From assembly GCA_965199985.1 (NCBI GenBank), contig CBDAUU010000120.1, positions 1,188-65,187 on the forward strand: a DNA stretch of 64,000 bases, given 5' to 3'. How positions within the stretch are numbered: the first letter of the stretch is position 1; each line of letters opens with the position of its first letter. The position numbers and the translations under genes were made by a program. The notes beneath the pieces were generated by a model. It did not search any database and had not been told where the DNA came from. It worked only from the letters and a program-made list of their open reading frames with translations. Below, piece by piece: positions 28,607 through 38,542 of this stretch. The stretch is from Kofleriaceae bacterium. Its GTDB lineage: Bacteria > Myxococcota_A > Polyangia > Haliangiales > Haliangiaceae.

Positions 28607-30112
28607 TTAAAGGTTCGTGATCGAACGCGCGAGCTCCGAGGCGCGCGCTCCCGCGGTCAGAAATCGCAGACTCACGGTGCCAAATGTCACGCGGTCGCCA
28701 TCGTGGAGCTCGCGCTCGACGTGGCTCGAGGTCTCGCGCAGCTTGAACGCACCGCGCTGCCACCAGATCACGGCGTGCATCCGCGCGACCGATGCGGTCT
28801 CGAACGCGATCGCGGCGGTGGGTCCGCGGCCGACGCTGATCCGGATATCTCCGAGGCTGCCGAGATCCCAGATGCGGCCGGGCTCGGGCCCGGATTCGCA
28901 GACCAGCCAGGCCGGGGAGGTCGGCGCACCCTGAGCGGCGCGCGCGCGATACCAATCGGCGGCTTCGTCGCGCACGGGTTGTAAGAGCTCGAGCTCGAGC
29001 GGTTCATCGACAACGAGATCGAGTGCGGCGGGTGGGAGCTCGATCCGGTAGGTCTCGCGCAGATCGAGGCGGGCGAGCCGCTTCGCGAGAGTCGCGAGGA
29101 CCGCGCGATCGGGACGAGCGTTCCATCCGCTCAGTGCGAGCGAGCGCAAGGCGGGAAGGCGGAACAGCGCGGGCAGCCCGGGGCCGGTGCCGAAGCCGCG
29201 GTGCAACCCGAGCGTCTCGAGGTTGCTGAACGAGGCGAGCAGCGCACCGGTTTCCTCGTCGAGCGTGACCTGCGGATCGCCCCACGCTTCGAGCTCGAGC
29301 CGCGTGAGCGAGCGCGCGAGCTCCGAGCTCGCGAGGCTGACGACCGCGCCGGCCGTGACGTTGCGCAGCCGCAGCGAGGTCACGTTCGGGAGCATCCCCC
29401 TGAGCGCAGCGAAATCGATCGAGCTCGCGTCCAGCTCGAGCTCGCGCAGGCGCGGCGCATGAGCTGCGAAGTGGCGCACCGCATCGGTGCGGATGCGCGA
29501 TTCGCCGAGCCACGCGCGCTCGAGCCGCTTCGGTCCCGCATCGCCGAGCGAGACCACGCCGGCCTCGGTGAGCCCGTACGGCATGCCGAGCGCGACGAGC
29601 TTCACGAGCGCGCCGGTCTTCGCGAGCACGCGCGCGGCGCCATCGGCCCACGAGTAATCGAGCTCGACCACGCGATCGACGAGATCGAGCGCCCGGATCT
29701 GCGCGAACCCGGGATGCTCGACGATCCGCTCGAGGCGCGCGGCGGCTTCGGCGACATCTTCGCGACGGCGATGCATCGGGTGGACGCCGCCGAGCGTGAG
29801 CGCGGTGACGAACGGCGCGAGCCGCATGATCTCGGCGCCGCGCTTGCTGAACACCTCGGCATCGACCTCGATCGCATCGACGAAGCCGCGGCGATAGCGC
29901 ACGCGCTTCGCGAGGCCCGCGAGCCCGGACCACGCGAGGCCATGGGCCGCGAGCAGCTCGCGCTCGCGCCGCGCATGGGCGGGACTCCGGGCGCCGCACT
30001 GCAGGCCGACCAGCTCGCCGCGCTCGCCGCCGACCTGATCGGCCCAGATCAGGCGCGGCTCGTCGAGCTCGGGGTGGGCGAGGCACTCCGCAAGGACCGT
30101 GGCTTCGCGCAC
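28607..30112 (-). CDS. TIGR02996-like N-terminal domain + LRR-like repeats + C-terminal FHA domain protein
   Basis: 'HPELDEPRLIWADQVGGERGELVGLQ' (TIGR02996-type motif). Repeated 'L..L.L' units. C-terminal 'ISVGRGPTAAIAFETASVARMHAVIWWQRGAFKLRETSS...GDRVTFGTVSLRF' (FHA). Confidence 0.6.
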   Translation of the reverse strand: MREATVLAECLAHPELDEPRLIWADQVGGERGELVGLQCGARSPAHARRERELLAAHGLAWSGLAGLAKRVRYRRGFVDAIEVDAEVFSKRGAEIMRLAPFVTALTLGGVHPMHRRREDVAEAAARLERIVEHPGFAQIRALDLVDRVVELDYSWADGAARVLAKTGALVKLVALGMPYGLTEAGVVSLGDAGPKRLERAWLGESRIRTDAVRHFAAHAPRLRELELDASSIDFAALRGMLPNVTSLRLRNVTAGAVVSLASSELARSLTRLELEAWGDPQVTLDEETGALLASFSNLETLGLHRGFGTGPGLPALFRLPALRSLALSGWNARPDRAVLATLAKRLARLDLRETYRIELPPAALDLVVDEPLELELLQPVRDEAADWYRARAAQGAPTSPAWLVCESGPEPGRIWDLGSLGDIRISVGRGPTAAIAFETASVARMHAVIWWQRGAFKLRETSSHVERELHDGDRVTFGTVSLRFLTAGARASELARSITNL

Positions 30113-30162
30113 CAGCCCTCCACTCTAGCTCATCGGGGGTGCCGATGATATGAAGCCGCTGC

Positions 30163-31377
30163 GTGAGCACCGTCTCTCCAGTTGACCCCGAGATTTCGCT
30201 CTCGATTCCCGCCGACGATGTCGAGAATCCGGAGATCTCGATCGTGATCCCGGCGCTCAACGAGCAGCTCACGATCGGTGACTTCATCGACTGGTGCAAG
30301 CAGGGCCTCGCGAAGGCCGGCGCGGTCGGCGAGATCCTGATCGTCGATAGCTCGACGGACCGCACCAAGGAGATCGCGCTCGCGAAAGGGGCGCGCGTGC
30401 TCTCGAGCCCGAAGCGCGGCCTCGGGCGCGCCTACATCGACAGCCTTCCCTACATCCGCGGCAAGTACGTCCTCATGGGCGATTGCGACTGCACGTACGA
30501 TTTCCGCGAGCTCGCGCCGTTCGTCGAGAAGTTCCGCGCGGGCGCCGAGTTCGTGATGGGCTCGCGCTTCGATGGCTACATCGAGCCCGGCGCGATGCCG
30601 CCGCTCCACCGCTACCTCGGCACGCCGGTCACGACGTGGATCCTCAACGTGATCTTCTCGAGCCACTTCTCCGATATCCACTGCGGCATGCGCGGCATCT
30701 CGACCGCGGCGCTCAACCGCATGGGCCTGCGCTCGCAGTCGTGGGAGTACGCCTCGGAGATGGTCCTCAAATCCGTGCACATGAAGCTCGCGACCGAGGA
30801 GGTGCCGATCCGGTTCCTCAAGGATGTCGAGGGCCGGCTCTCGCACCACAAGCGCTCGGGTTGGTTCTCGCCGTGGGCCGCCGCGTGGATCAACCTCCGC
30901 GCGATGTTCGTGTACGGGGCCGATTTCTTCCTCTACCGCCCCGGCTTCTTGATGCTGTTCCTCGGCCTGTTGCTGCTCGGGCCGCTCTCGTTCGGCAACG
31001 TCACCGTCGGGCCGATCACGTTCTCGCTGTTCTGGATGCTGCTCGGCGTCACGCTCGCCACGCTCGGCCTCCAGTGCATCTACCTCGGCGTGATCGCGCA
31101 GGTGTTCTACGACTACACGGGAGAGAGAACACGTGTCTGGTACGAGCGGTTCGCGTACACGCGCACGGTGGGCATCGCCGCGGTGCTCTTCCTCGCTGGC
31201 CTGATCCTGACCGCGGGGTTGATCGTCTCGTACGTTCACCACGGCTATCGCCTCGAGGATGGCCACGCGATCAACCACCTCGGTATCACCGGGTTGTTTC
31301 TGTTGATTGCCGGCTTCACGACGTTCACGTTCACGCTGATCCTGCACTCGACCGCCGTCGTCGTCTGGCGCCGGTAG
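30163..31377 (+). CDS. GT2 glycosyltransferase with C-terminal TM helices (polyprenyl-phosphate sugar synthase-like)
   Basis: 'ISIVIPALNEQLTIGDFI', 'VDSSTDRT', 'MGDCDCTYD', then about 4 hydrophobic helices. Confidence 0.8.
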   Translation: MSTVSPVDPEISLSIPADDVENPEISIVIPALNEQLTIGDFIDWCKQGLAKAGAVGEILIVDSSTDRTKEIALAKGARVLSSPKRGLGRAYIDSLPYIRGKYVLMGDCDCTYDFRELAPFVEKFRAGAEFVMGSRFDGYIEPGAMPPLHRYLGTPVTTWILNVIFSSHFSDIHCGMRGISTAALNRMGLRSQSWEYASEMVLKSVHMKLATEEVPIRFLKDVEGRLSHHKRSGWFSPWAAAWINLRAMFVYGADFFLYRPGFLMLFLGLLLLGPLSFGNVTVGPITFSLFWMLLGVTLATLGLQCIYLGVIAQVFYDYTGERTRVWYERFAYTRTVGIAAVLFLAGLILTAGLIVSYVHHGYRLEDGHAINHLGITGLFLLIAGFTTFTFTLILHSTAVVVWRR

Positions 31378-31395
31378 CTATGTTATGACCGGCCG

Positions 31396-32337
31396 GTGAA
31401 ATCGTTCGTCATCGGCGGCGCGGGCTTCATCGGCAGCCACCTCATCGACCTGCTCGTCGAGCGCGGCCCGGTCACGGTCTACGACAACATGTCGGTCGGC
31501 AAGCGCGAGTTCATCGCCGGCCATCTCGCGAGTGGGCGCGCGCAGCTCGTCGAGGCGGATGTCCTCGACCTGCCGAAGGTGACCGAGGCGATGGCGGGCC
31601 ACGATGCAGTGTTCCACCTCGCCGCGAACCCCGAGGCGCGCTGGGGCCTCGAGCGCACGCGGCTCGATCTCGAGCAGGGCACGATCGCGATCTACAACGC
31701 GCTCGAGGCGGCGCGCCTCGGCGGCGTGAAGAAGTTCGTGTTCGCCTCGAGTGGCACGGTCTATGGCAACGTCACGACCCCGTGCGCCGAAGGCGACCTC
31801 GGCAGCTTGCCGATCTCGCTGTACGGCGCGAGCAAGTTCGCCGGTGAGGCGATGCTGTCGGCGTTCGTCGAGTGCTTCGGCATCGAGGGCTTCATCTGCC
31901 GGTTCGGCAACGTCGTCGGCAAGCGCGGCACCCACGGCGCGATCCTCGATTTCTGCAAGAAGCTGAAGGCGCACCCCGAGTACCTCGATGTCCTCGGCGA
32001 TGGCCGCCAGGCAAAGCCCTACCTCCACGTCACCGATTGCGCGGCGGGCATCTGCTTCGTCCTCGATAACGCGAAGGGCGAGAAGCCCGCGATCTACAAC
32101 CTGGCGCCGCCCGATTCCACCTCGGTGAAGCGGATCGCGGAGCTCTGCGTCGGTGCATCACCGAATCCCGCCGCGCGGATCGAGTACGGCGGCGGCGCGC
32201 AAGGCTGGCCGGGCGACGTGCCCAAATCGCTGATCGTCCCCGACAAGCTCGCGGCGCTCGGCTTCCGCGTCAAGCACACCTCGGATGACGCGGTGCGGAT
32301 CTCCGTCGAAGAAGTCGCTAAAGAAGTGTTCGTGTGA
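31396..32337 (+). CDS. NAD-dependent nucleotide-sugar epimerase/dehydratase
   Basis: 'GGAGFIGSHLID', 'FASSGTVYG' and 'YGASKFAGE' (SDR YxxxK). Confidence 0.85.
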   Translation: MKSFVIGGAGFIGSHLIDLLVERGPVTVYDNMSVGKREFIAGHLASGRAQLVEADVLDLPKVTEAMAGHDAVFHLAANPEARWGLERTRLDLEQGTIAIYNALEAARLGGVKKFVFASSGTVYGNVTTPCAEGDLGSLPISLYGASKFAGEAMLSAFVECFGIEGFICRFGNVVGKRGTHGAILDFCKKLKAHPEYLDVLGDGRQAKPYLHVTDCAAGICFVLDNAKGEKPAIYNLAPPDSTSVKRIAELCVGASPNPAARIEYGGGAQGWPGDVPKSLIVPDKLAALGFRVKHTSDDAVRISVEEVAKEVFV

Positions 32338-33629
32338 TCACGCGCGATCAGGTCGCGACCTGGGCGACGTGGCGCTCGGTCAAGGTTTCGATCGCGATCG
32401 CGTTCGCACTCGCGCAGCTCCTGGTGATCGCGCACGCGGGCCACGTGCGGCTGCACCTCCCGTTCGATAACGCGCCGGGCGAGCACATCGCCTACACCGA
32501 TCCGATGGCGCCCTCGCTCGGCCACATCCCGCGGCAGCCGCCGAACTGGTCGCGGCTGATCGTGTCGCGGTTCGATTCGCAGCACTACATCGGCTTCGCC
32601 ATCCGCGGCATGACTTCGTGCCCGACGGATCCCAAGGAAGCGAACAAGGGATGGGGCTATCTCAACTGCGGGCTCGGATGGTTGCCGGCCTACGGCGTGG
32701 CAGGCGGCCTGATCAGCTCGGCGACCGGGCTCGAACCTGATTTTTCGCTCGTGCTGCTCTCGGTGCTGTGCGCGATCGCGGTCAACCTGCTGTGGATCTC
32801 GCCGACGCTGATCAAGCGCATCGGCCTGTTCGAAGCCTACGCGGTGCTGCTCGCCTGGAACTGCTATCCGGCGGCCTGGAACCTGGTGATTCCGACGACG
32901 GAGCCCGTGGTGCTCGCGCTCGCACTCGGCGGGTTCGTGATGCTCGCGAACGAGAAGTGGGTGTGGTCGGCGATCCTGATCGGCGCCTCGACGGCGCTGC
33001 GGATCCCGACCGCGTCGTACGCGTTCGCGCTCGGCTGCGCGCTGCTCGTCGCGGCCTACGATCGCTACCGCGCGCAGACGCCGCAGTGGTGGCGGCCGCT
33101 GCTTGCGGTGCCGTTCTGCGGCTGGGGCCAGTTCGCGACGATGGCCGTGTTCCAGGCAAAGCTTCACAACTGGCACGCGTTCTTCGACGCCCGCTTCGCG
33201 TTCGGCGATCACAACCGGCTCGATCGCCTGTTCGACATCAAGTACTTCGTCAAAGGGTTTCAATCGCAGTGCGCCGACATGGTCGTGTACCTGGGCCTGG
33301 TCGCGATCATGATCGTGACCGCGCGGCGCGTGCTCGCGAAGTTCAATCGCACCGAGTGGACGTTCCTCGTGGTCTCGAGCGTGATCACGACCGTGCTCGC
33401 GGTGGCTGCCGCATTTCAGTACTGGGGGCTCACGCGCTACATGATGCTGTGCCCGCTGCCGTTCCTCGGGGCGGGCGTGCTCGGCCGCTACCACCGCGCG
33501 GTGCTCGTGGTCTGGTTGATCGTGTGCTGCGCCGTGTACTGGCATCTCGAGCTGTGCAGCTACATCACGCAGGGCAACCCGCTCGCGTGCCCGTGCCTCG
33601 GCAAGCTCGAGCTCAGCATGCAGTGGTGA
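32334..33629 (+). CDS. Polytopic membrane protein, PIG-V-like GT-C glycosyltransferase candidate (paralogue of 36237..37526)
   Basis: GTGA overlap with the epimerase. 'SRFDSQHYIGFAIRGM' resembles the 'WDxxxYxxIAxxGY' motif of PIG-V-type mannosyltransferases. More than 8 TM segments. Cys-rich tail 'ELCSYITQGNPLACPCLGKLE'. Confidence 0.5.
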   Translation: MITRDQVATWATWRSVKVSIAIAFALAQLLVIAHAGHVRLHLPFDNAPGEHIAYTDPMAPSLGHIPRQPPNWSRLIVSRFDSQHYIGFAIRGMTSCPTDPKEANKGWGYLNCGLGWLPAYGVAGGLISSATGLEPDFSLVLLSVLCAIAVNLLWISPTLIKRIGLFEAYAVLLAWNCYPAAWNLVIPTTEPVVLALALGGFVMLANEKWVWSAILIGASTALRIPTASYAFALGCALLVAAYDRYRAQTPQWWRPLLAVPFCGWGQFATMAVFQAKLHNWHAFFDARFAFGDHNRLDRLFDIKYFVKGFQSQCADMVVYLGLVAIMIVTARRVLAKFNRTEWTFLVVSSVITTVLAVAAAFQYWGLTRYMMLCPLPFLGAGVLGRYHRAVLVVWLIVCCAVYWHLELCSYITQGNPLACPCLGKLELSMQW

Positions 33630-33630
33630 T

Positions 33631-34671
33631 TCAGCGCTCGTGCCAGAAGCCCCACGCTCCGACGAGGATCGCGAGGGCCACCTGCAGCACGTACATGAGG
33701 AACACGAACGCCGAGCCCGGGCCGGTGACGATCGCCGTCGCGAAGTACATCGTCATCGCGGCGTAGATGCCGGCCTGGAACACGCCGAGTAAGCCGGGCG
33801 GACCGGGAATGAGCACGGTACAGCCAAGCATGCCCATCACGGTGAGCGCCTGGCCGAACGACATCTCGACACCGCAGGCATTCGCGAGCACCCAGGTCGC
33901 GATCGCGTTGAACAGCCAGTACAGCGCGGTCTCGAGCACGAAGCCGCCGAAGTCGCGGCCGCGGCTGAACACGTGGAGCCCGTCCGCGAGGCGCGAGGCG
34001 AAGCCGGCGAGGGACGCGGCGAGCTTCTTCGAGACGAGGCCGATGACCGCTTCGGTCGCGCGAATCGCCCACGCGCGCGCGAGGTAGAAGATCGCGATCA
34101 CGACGAACGCCGTCGTGAACACGCCGAGCATCGCGAAGCCGAGCATGCGGACGTGCGCGACGGTGATCGGCAGGCCGACCACCTTATCGGGAAGCGGATC
34201 GAGGGTCGGCACCGTGAGCAGCGCGATCGCGAGCACGATGCTCAGGAACAGGCCATCGATGATGCGCTCGGCGACGACAGAGGCGGTGGCGGCGGTCATC
34301 GTCAACGCCGGGGTCACGCCGGGCTTGGTGCGCACCATGTACGGGCGCACCAGCTCTCCAAGGCGAAACGGGAGCAGCAGGATCGCGAGGTAGCCGGCGC
34401 AGGAGGTGGCGAGCAAGCGGACCTTCGGGATGGCGATGATCTGGCGGAGCAGGAACCGCCAGCGAATGCTGCGGAACCAGGTCGAGACCAGCATCAGCGG
34501 CGGATACACCGCGAGCGCGATCCACCAGCGCACCGCGCCGAAATCGCCGGCGTCCGGAATCAATTTCAGGCCGCCGCTGTGGACGACGTACAGGACGCCC
34601 GCGGTGATCAGCACCGACGCCACGAGCTTGGCCGCATGGCGCCGAACGAATTCCACGTGGTCTCTTAACAC
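33631..34671 (-). CDS. UPF0104 / LPG_synthase_TM 'flippase-like' membrane protein, copy 1
   Basis: 'WFRSIRWRFLL', 'PFRLGELVRPYM' and 'LIPGPPGLLGVFQAG'. Very similar to 39650..40798. Confidence 0.65.
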   Translation of the reverse strand: MLRDHVEFVRRHAAKLVASVLITAGVLYVVHSGGLKLIPDAGDFGAVRWWIALAVYPPLMLVSTWFRSIRWRFLLRQIIAIPKVRLLATSCAGYLAILLLPFRLGELVRPYMVRTKPGVTPALTMTAATASVVAERIIDGLFLSIVLAIALLTVPTLDPLPDKVVGLPITVAHVRMLGFAMLGVFTTAFVVIAIFYLARAWAIRATEAVIGLVSKKLAASLAGFASRLADGLHVFSRGRDFGGFVLETALYWLFNAIATWVLANACGVEMSFGQALTVMGMLGCTVLIPGPPGLLGVFQAGIYAAMTMYFATAIVTGPGSAFVFLMYVLQVALAILVGAWGFWHER

Positions 34672-34705
34672 CTTGAAGTGGGTCGCGGATTGGGTATGTT
34701 GCGGC

Positions 34706-35488
34706 GTGCCGGCGTTTCCTCTCGATCTCCAAGAAACGGCGTACAGCTATTTGGAGCGGCCGAACACCGTCCTCACTAGTCTGGTCGCCAAGCACGTGCT
34801 GAGGGGTTCGCCCGAGGCGCGGATCCTCGATATCGGGTGTGGCTGCGGTGCGAACGCGCAAGAGATCCGGAGGCTGGCGCCACAGGCTCACCTCGTCGGG
34901 ATCGAGCCCAGCGCACCCGCTGCCGAGCTCGCGCGCACGCAGGGGTTCGACGAGGTCCACGAGTCCGATGCGCTCAGCTGGCTGCACGCGAGCAAGGCCA
35001 AGGGCTTCCAGGGTGTGGTGCTCTCGGACGTGCTCGAGCACATCGCCGATCCGGTCGCGATGCTCAAGGAGCTCGCGCAGGCCGAAGCGCTGCGCGATGC
35101 AACCTGGGTCATCTCGGTCCCGAACTATGCGGTCTGGTACAACCGGATTCGCACGCTGCTCGGCCGCTTCTCGTATCAGTGGTCGGGCTTGTTCGACCGC
35201 ACGCACCTGCGGTTCTTCACGCGCACCTCGATCCGCGACCTCCTCGGCTACTGCGGCTTCGACGTGATCGAGGACAAGGCCACGCCCGCGCTCGCGCAAT
35301 CCGCGGCGCCACTGCTCCGCAAGATGTTCGAATCGGATCTCGCCGAGGGCAATCACCTCGCGCTCGAGAGCAGCGGTTCCTATCGCTTCTACAACAAGGC
35401 CGTCGCTCCCATCGAGACCGCGGTCTGTCAGCTGTGGCCGGAGATGCTGGGGTTCCAGATCGTCTCGGTCGCCCGGGTGAGAAAATGA
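34706..35488 (+). CDS. Class I SAM-dependent methyltransferase
   Basis: '[13 protein letters not shown]' (motif I), '[13 protein letters not shown]' and 'DRTHLRFFT'. The GTG 34706 start is inferred; the ORF opens earlier. Confidence 0.75.
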   Translation: MPAFPLDLQETAYSYLERPNTVLTSLVAKHVLRGSPEARILDIGCGCGANAQEIRRLAPQAHLVGIEPSAPAAELARTQGFDEVHESDALSWLHASKAKGFQGVVLSDVLEHIADPVAMLKELAQAEALRDATWVISVPNYAVWYNRIRTLLGRFSYQWSGLFDRTHLRFFTRTSIRDLLGYCGFDVIEDKATPALAQSAAPLLRKMFESDLAEGNHLALESSGSYRFYNKAVAPIETAVCQLWPEMLGFQIVSVARVRK

Positions 35489-36102
35489 GCTTGAATCCGT
35501 TTACGCGCCTGTTCGACCACTATCACCGCACCAACCCGACGACGCGGCACGATCGGATCACCGCCTCGCTCGCGAAGCACATCGAGCACGCCGATTCGCT
35601 CCTCGATGTCGGCTGCGGCAACGGCGAGCTCACGAAGAAGCTCGCCGGCATGATCGGCGCGACCAAGCTCGCCGGCGTCGATGTGGTGCCGCGCCCCACG
35701 AGCGAGATCGATGTCCAGCTCTACGACGGCACGACGCTGCCCTACGCGGACAAGACCTTCGAGGCCGTGATCATCGTCGACGTCTTGCACCACTGCACGA
35801 ACCCGACCGCCGTCCTCGCCGAGTGCGTCCGGGTCGCCAAGCGCGTGGTCGCCGTCAAGGACCACTTCTCGTTCGGCCCGCTCAGCCACCAGACCCTCTA
35901 CTGGATGGATCGCTTCGGGAACGCGAAGGATTCGATCCATGTCGAGGGCACGTACTTCACGCCGCCCCAGTGGATCGAGATGTTCGCCGATGCCGGTGCG
36001 CGGATCCGGTCGCTCGCGTGGCCGATCAAGATGCACGATCTGCCGTGGCGCGCGATCGCGTGGCCCGAGCTCCAGTTCTCGGCGAAGCTGCTGCCCCTCT
36101 AA
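35485..36102 (+). CDS. Class I SAM-dependent methyltransferase
   Basis: ATGA overlap with the previous gene. '[15 protein letters not shown]' and '[14 protein letters not shown]'. The stop TAA lies inside the MITE terminal repeat. Confidence 0.75.
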   Translation: MSLNPFTRLFDHYHRTNPTTRHDRITASLAKHIEHADSLLDVGCGNGELTKKLAGMIGATKLAGVDVVPRPTSEIDVQLYDGTTLPYADKTFEAVIIVDVLHHCTNPTAVLAECVRVAKRVVAVKDHFSFGPLSHQTLYWMDRFGNAKDSIHVEGTYFTPPQWIEMFADAGARIRSLAWPIKMHDLPWRAIAWPELQFSAKLLPL

Positions 36103-36240
36103 GGGGACGGTCACCAAATGCTCACTTTAAGTGAGCTAACATCGCGAGATCCTTGATTCGGATGGATCGCGGACTCGCGACTTCAACGATCTCGGGGACA
36201 TAGCTCACGTAAGGTGAGGATTTGGTGACCGTCCCCTTAG
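36097..36240. mobile_element. Family-1 MITE-like element, simple copy (~140 bp)
   Basis: CTAAGGGGACGGTCACCAAATGCTCACTTTAAGTGAGCTAAC ... (about 60 bp) ... TAGCTCACGTAAGGTGAGGATTTGGTGACCGTCCCCTTAG. Flanked by TA/TA. It fills the whole intergenic gap between two convergent genes. Confidence 0.6.
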
Positions 36241-37526
36241 CTGCCGAACGGCATCGCGATCTCGATACGGCCGAGGCACGGGCAGACATGGGAGTCGCCC
36301 TGCGTGAGGTAGCCGCAGAGCTCGACGTGCCAGTAGAACGCGGCGCACAGGATGCACCACAGCGCGAAGATCGCGAGGTGCTTGCGCGCCATCATGCCCG
36401 CGCCGAGGAACACCATCGGACACAGCATGAGGCCGCGGGTGATGCCCCAGTAGCCGGGCGGCGCCGCGATCGCGAGGAGGATCGTGAACGCGCTGGCGGC
36501 GATCAGGAACACGGACTCGATGGAGGAGAACTTCTTGAGCAGATCTTTCGCGGTGTACGCGAGGATCGCGGCGAACGCGACCAGCCACACGACATCCATG
36601 TTCTGCGATGCGAGGCCTTTGACGAAGTAGGTGACATCGAAGATGCGCGACCACGCGTGCGTGCTGCCGAACGCGGTGCGCGCGTGGAAGTAGGCGGCGT
36701 AATCGCCGACGGCGATCTGGAGCGCGAGCATCGTGACGAGCTGGCCCCAGAACGCGATCGGAATGGCGAGAAGCGGGCGCGACGATTTCGTTTGATAGGC
36801 GGCGAACGCGAGCGCGCAGGATAGGGCGATCGCGAACGCGAGCGCGGAGGTCGAGAAGGCGGTGGCGGCGCCGATCAACAGCGCGGCAATGATCCAGCGC
36901 TCGCCGAGGAGCGCGATGAAGCCGCCGAGCGCGAGCGCGAGGATCGCGGCATCGGCGTACGGCGTGACGAGATAGAACGCGGACGGGTAGAGGTTGAAGC
37001 CAAGGAGCGCGGCCCACGCCGCACCGCGGCCGATGCGCGCGACGAGGATCGGCGTGGTCCACAGGACGTTGAGGATCAGGGCCGCCAGGATCGACAGGCC
37101 CATCAGCGCCTTGTCGTCGGAGGCGCGGGTGACCTGGGAGGTGACGTTGCCGACCATGCCCCACGCGGGGAGCCAGCCGAGCCCGCAATCGAGGTACGCC
37201 GCGCCGGTGCCGTGGTCGGGGCAGGCCGTCAGCCCGCGGACCGAGGTGCCGATGTAGTGCTGCGCATCGAAGCGCGAGACCAGCAGGCGCGACCAGCGAT
37301 GCGGCTGGCGCGGGAAATCGGCGAGCGCGGGTGCATCGGGGTTCGAGAAGTACGGCGCTTCGTCCGGGTTCGAATCGAACGCGAGCCCGAGGCGTTCGCG
37401 GCCGGCCTTTGCGAACAGCGAGAGGTGCAGGAGGACGAGCAGCGCGGCGACGGCGAGTCGGACCCAGCGCTTCGCGGCGTGCTCGTCGAGCTGCGCGAGC
37501 GCGTTATCGCGGATCTGCCGGAACAT
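36237..37526 (-). CDS. Polytopic membrane protein, PIG-V-like GT-C candidate (paralogue of 32334..33629)
   Basis: 'SRFDAQHYIGTSVRGL', 'LDCGLGWLPAWG' and tail 'ELCGYLTQGDSHVCPCLGRIE'. The start at 'MFRQIRDN' is inferred. The stop TAA lies in the MITE repeat. Confidence 0.5.
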   Translation of the reverse strand: MFRQIRDNALAQLDEHAAKRWVRLAVAALLVLLHLSLFAKAGRERLGLAFDSNPDEAPYFSNPDAPALADFPRQPHRWSRLLVSRFDAQHYIGTSVRGLTACPDHGTGAAYLDCGLGWLPAWGMVGNVTSQVTRASDDKALMGLSILAALILNVLWTTPILVARIGRGAAWAALLGFNLYPSAFYLVTPYADAAILALALGGFIALLGERWIIAALLIGAATAFSTSALAFAIALSCALAFAAYQTKSSRPLLAIPIAFWGQLVTMLALQIAVGDYAAYFHARTAFGSTHAWSRIFDVTYFVKGLASQNMDVVWLVAFAAILAYTAKDLLKKFSSIESVFLIAASAFTILLAIAAPPGYWGITRGLMLCPMVFLGAGMMARKHLAIFALWCILCAAFYWHVELCGYLTQGDSHVCPCLGRIEIAMPFGS

Positions 37527-38487
37527 CGCGGCGGATACTAGCGCGTTCGGCGAGCTGCAGCGCTCCACCGAGTGCGCCGACGACGAGGTGGGCCAGCCAC
37601 AGCGCGAGTGATGCGGCGACGGCATCGGACTCGGGCATGTGGAACAAGGATGCGCCGAGCGAGATGAACACCGCCTCGCGCGCGCCGGCCCCGCCGACGG
37701 TGATCGGGAGGAACGTGGTGGCCGCCGCGAGCGGGACGATCAGGAGCGAGGCGCCGAGCCCGACGTCCGGATCGACCGCGTGGAGGAGGACGAACCCGGC
37801 GAGCGCGACGAGCGCTTGCGTGAGGACGGAATAGAACGCCGCCAGCACGAACGCGGTGCCCGAGGTCAGCGCAGGGACGCGCTCGGCGATCGTGCGGAGC
37901 TTGCCGGGCAGGAGCGGGGCGAGGCGCCGCGCGAACGGCAGGGCGAGCACCAGCACGAGCGAGCCGGCGATGCCGAGGCCGCTCCACAGATAGAGCGAGC
38001 CGACCTGCAGCCCGCCACCGGCGACGGCGAGGCCGATCGCGAGCAGCAGGAACACGCCGAACAGGCCGAGCGCGCGCTCGACGAGCACCACCGCGAGGCC
38101 GGCGGTCGCGCCGCGCTCGCCGAACACCTCGCGCGTGACGACGCCGCGCACCACATCGCCGGCGACGGCGCCGGGGAGGTAGTTGTTGTAGAAGAACGAG
38201 ATGAAGTAGAGGACGGTCGCGCGGGGCAGGGAGGGGCGGGTGTCGGCGCCGTAGGCGACGAGCAGGTTGCGCCAGCGTGCGGCGCCGGCGACGACGTTCA
38301 GGGCTACCAACGCGATGGCGAGCAGGATCGCGGAGATCGAAATCCGGGAGAACGCGGTGCTCGCCTTGGCGAAATCGACGACGTGGATGATGTACGCGAT
38401 GCCGGCGGCGGTGCCGCCCCAGCGCAGCAGCCAGCCCCACCGCTGCCAGGGTGATCGCGCCGGTTCCATGGCGGCGGAGCATGCCAC
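37504..38487 (-). CDS. UPF0104 / LPG_synthase_TM 'flippase-like' membrane protein, copy 2 (divergent)
   Basis: 'AARWRNLL', 'YNNYLPGAVAGDVVRG' and 8 predicted TM stretches. Overlaps the downstream GT-C paralogue. Confidence 0.6.
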   Translation of the reverse strand: MACSAAMEPARSPWQRWGWLLRWGGTAAGIAYIIHVVDFAKASTAFSRISISAILLAIALVALNVVAGAARWRNLLVAYGADTRPSLPRATVLYFISFFYNNYLPGAVAGDVVRGVVTREVFGERGATAGLAVVLVERALGLFGVFLLLAIGLAVAGGGLQVGSLYLWSGLGIAGSLVLVLALPFARRLAPLLPGKLRTIAERVPALTSGTAFVLAAFYSVLTQALVALAGFVLLHAVDPDVGLGASLLIVPLAAATTFLPITVGGAGAREAVFISLGASLFHMPESDAVAASLALWLAHLVVGALGGALQLAERASIRRDVPADPR

Positions 38488-38542
38488 ACGGTGGCGTGTT
38501 CCACGTCAGCAACGGCCGGTAGCCTCGCGTACACTGCGCCGC

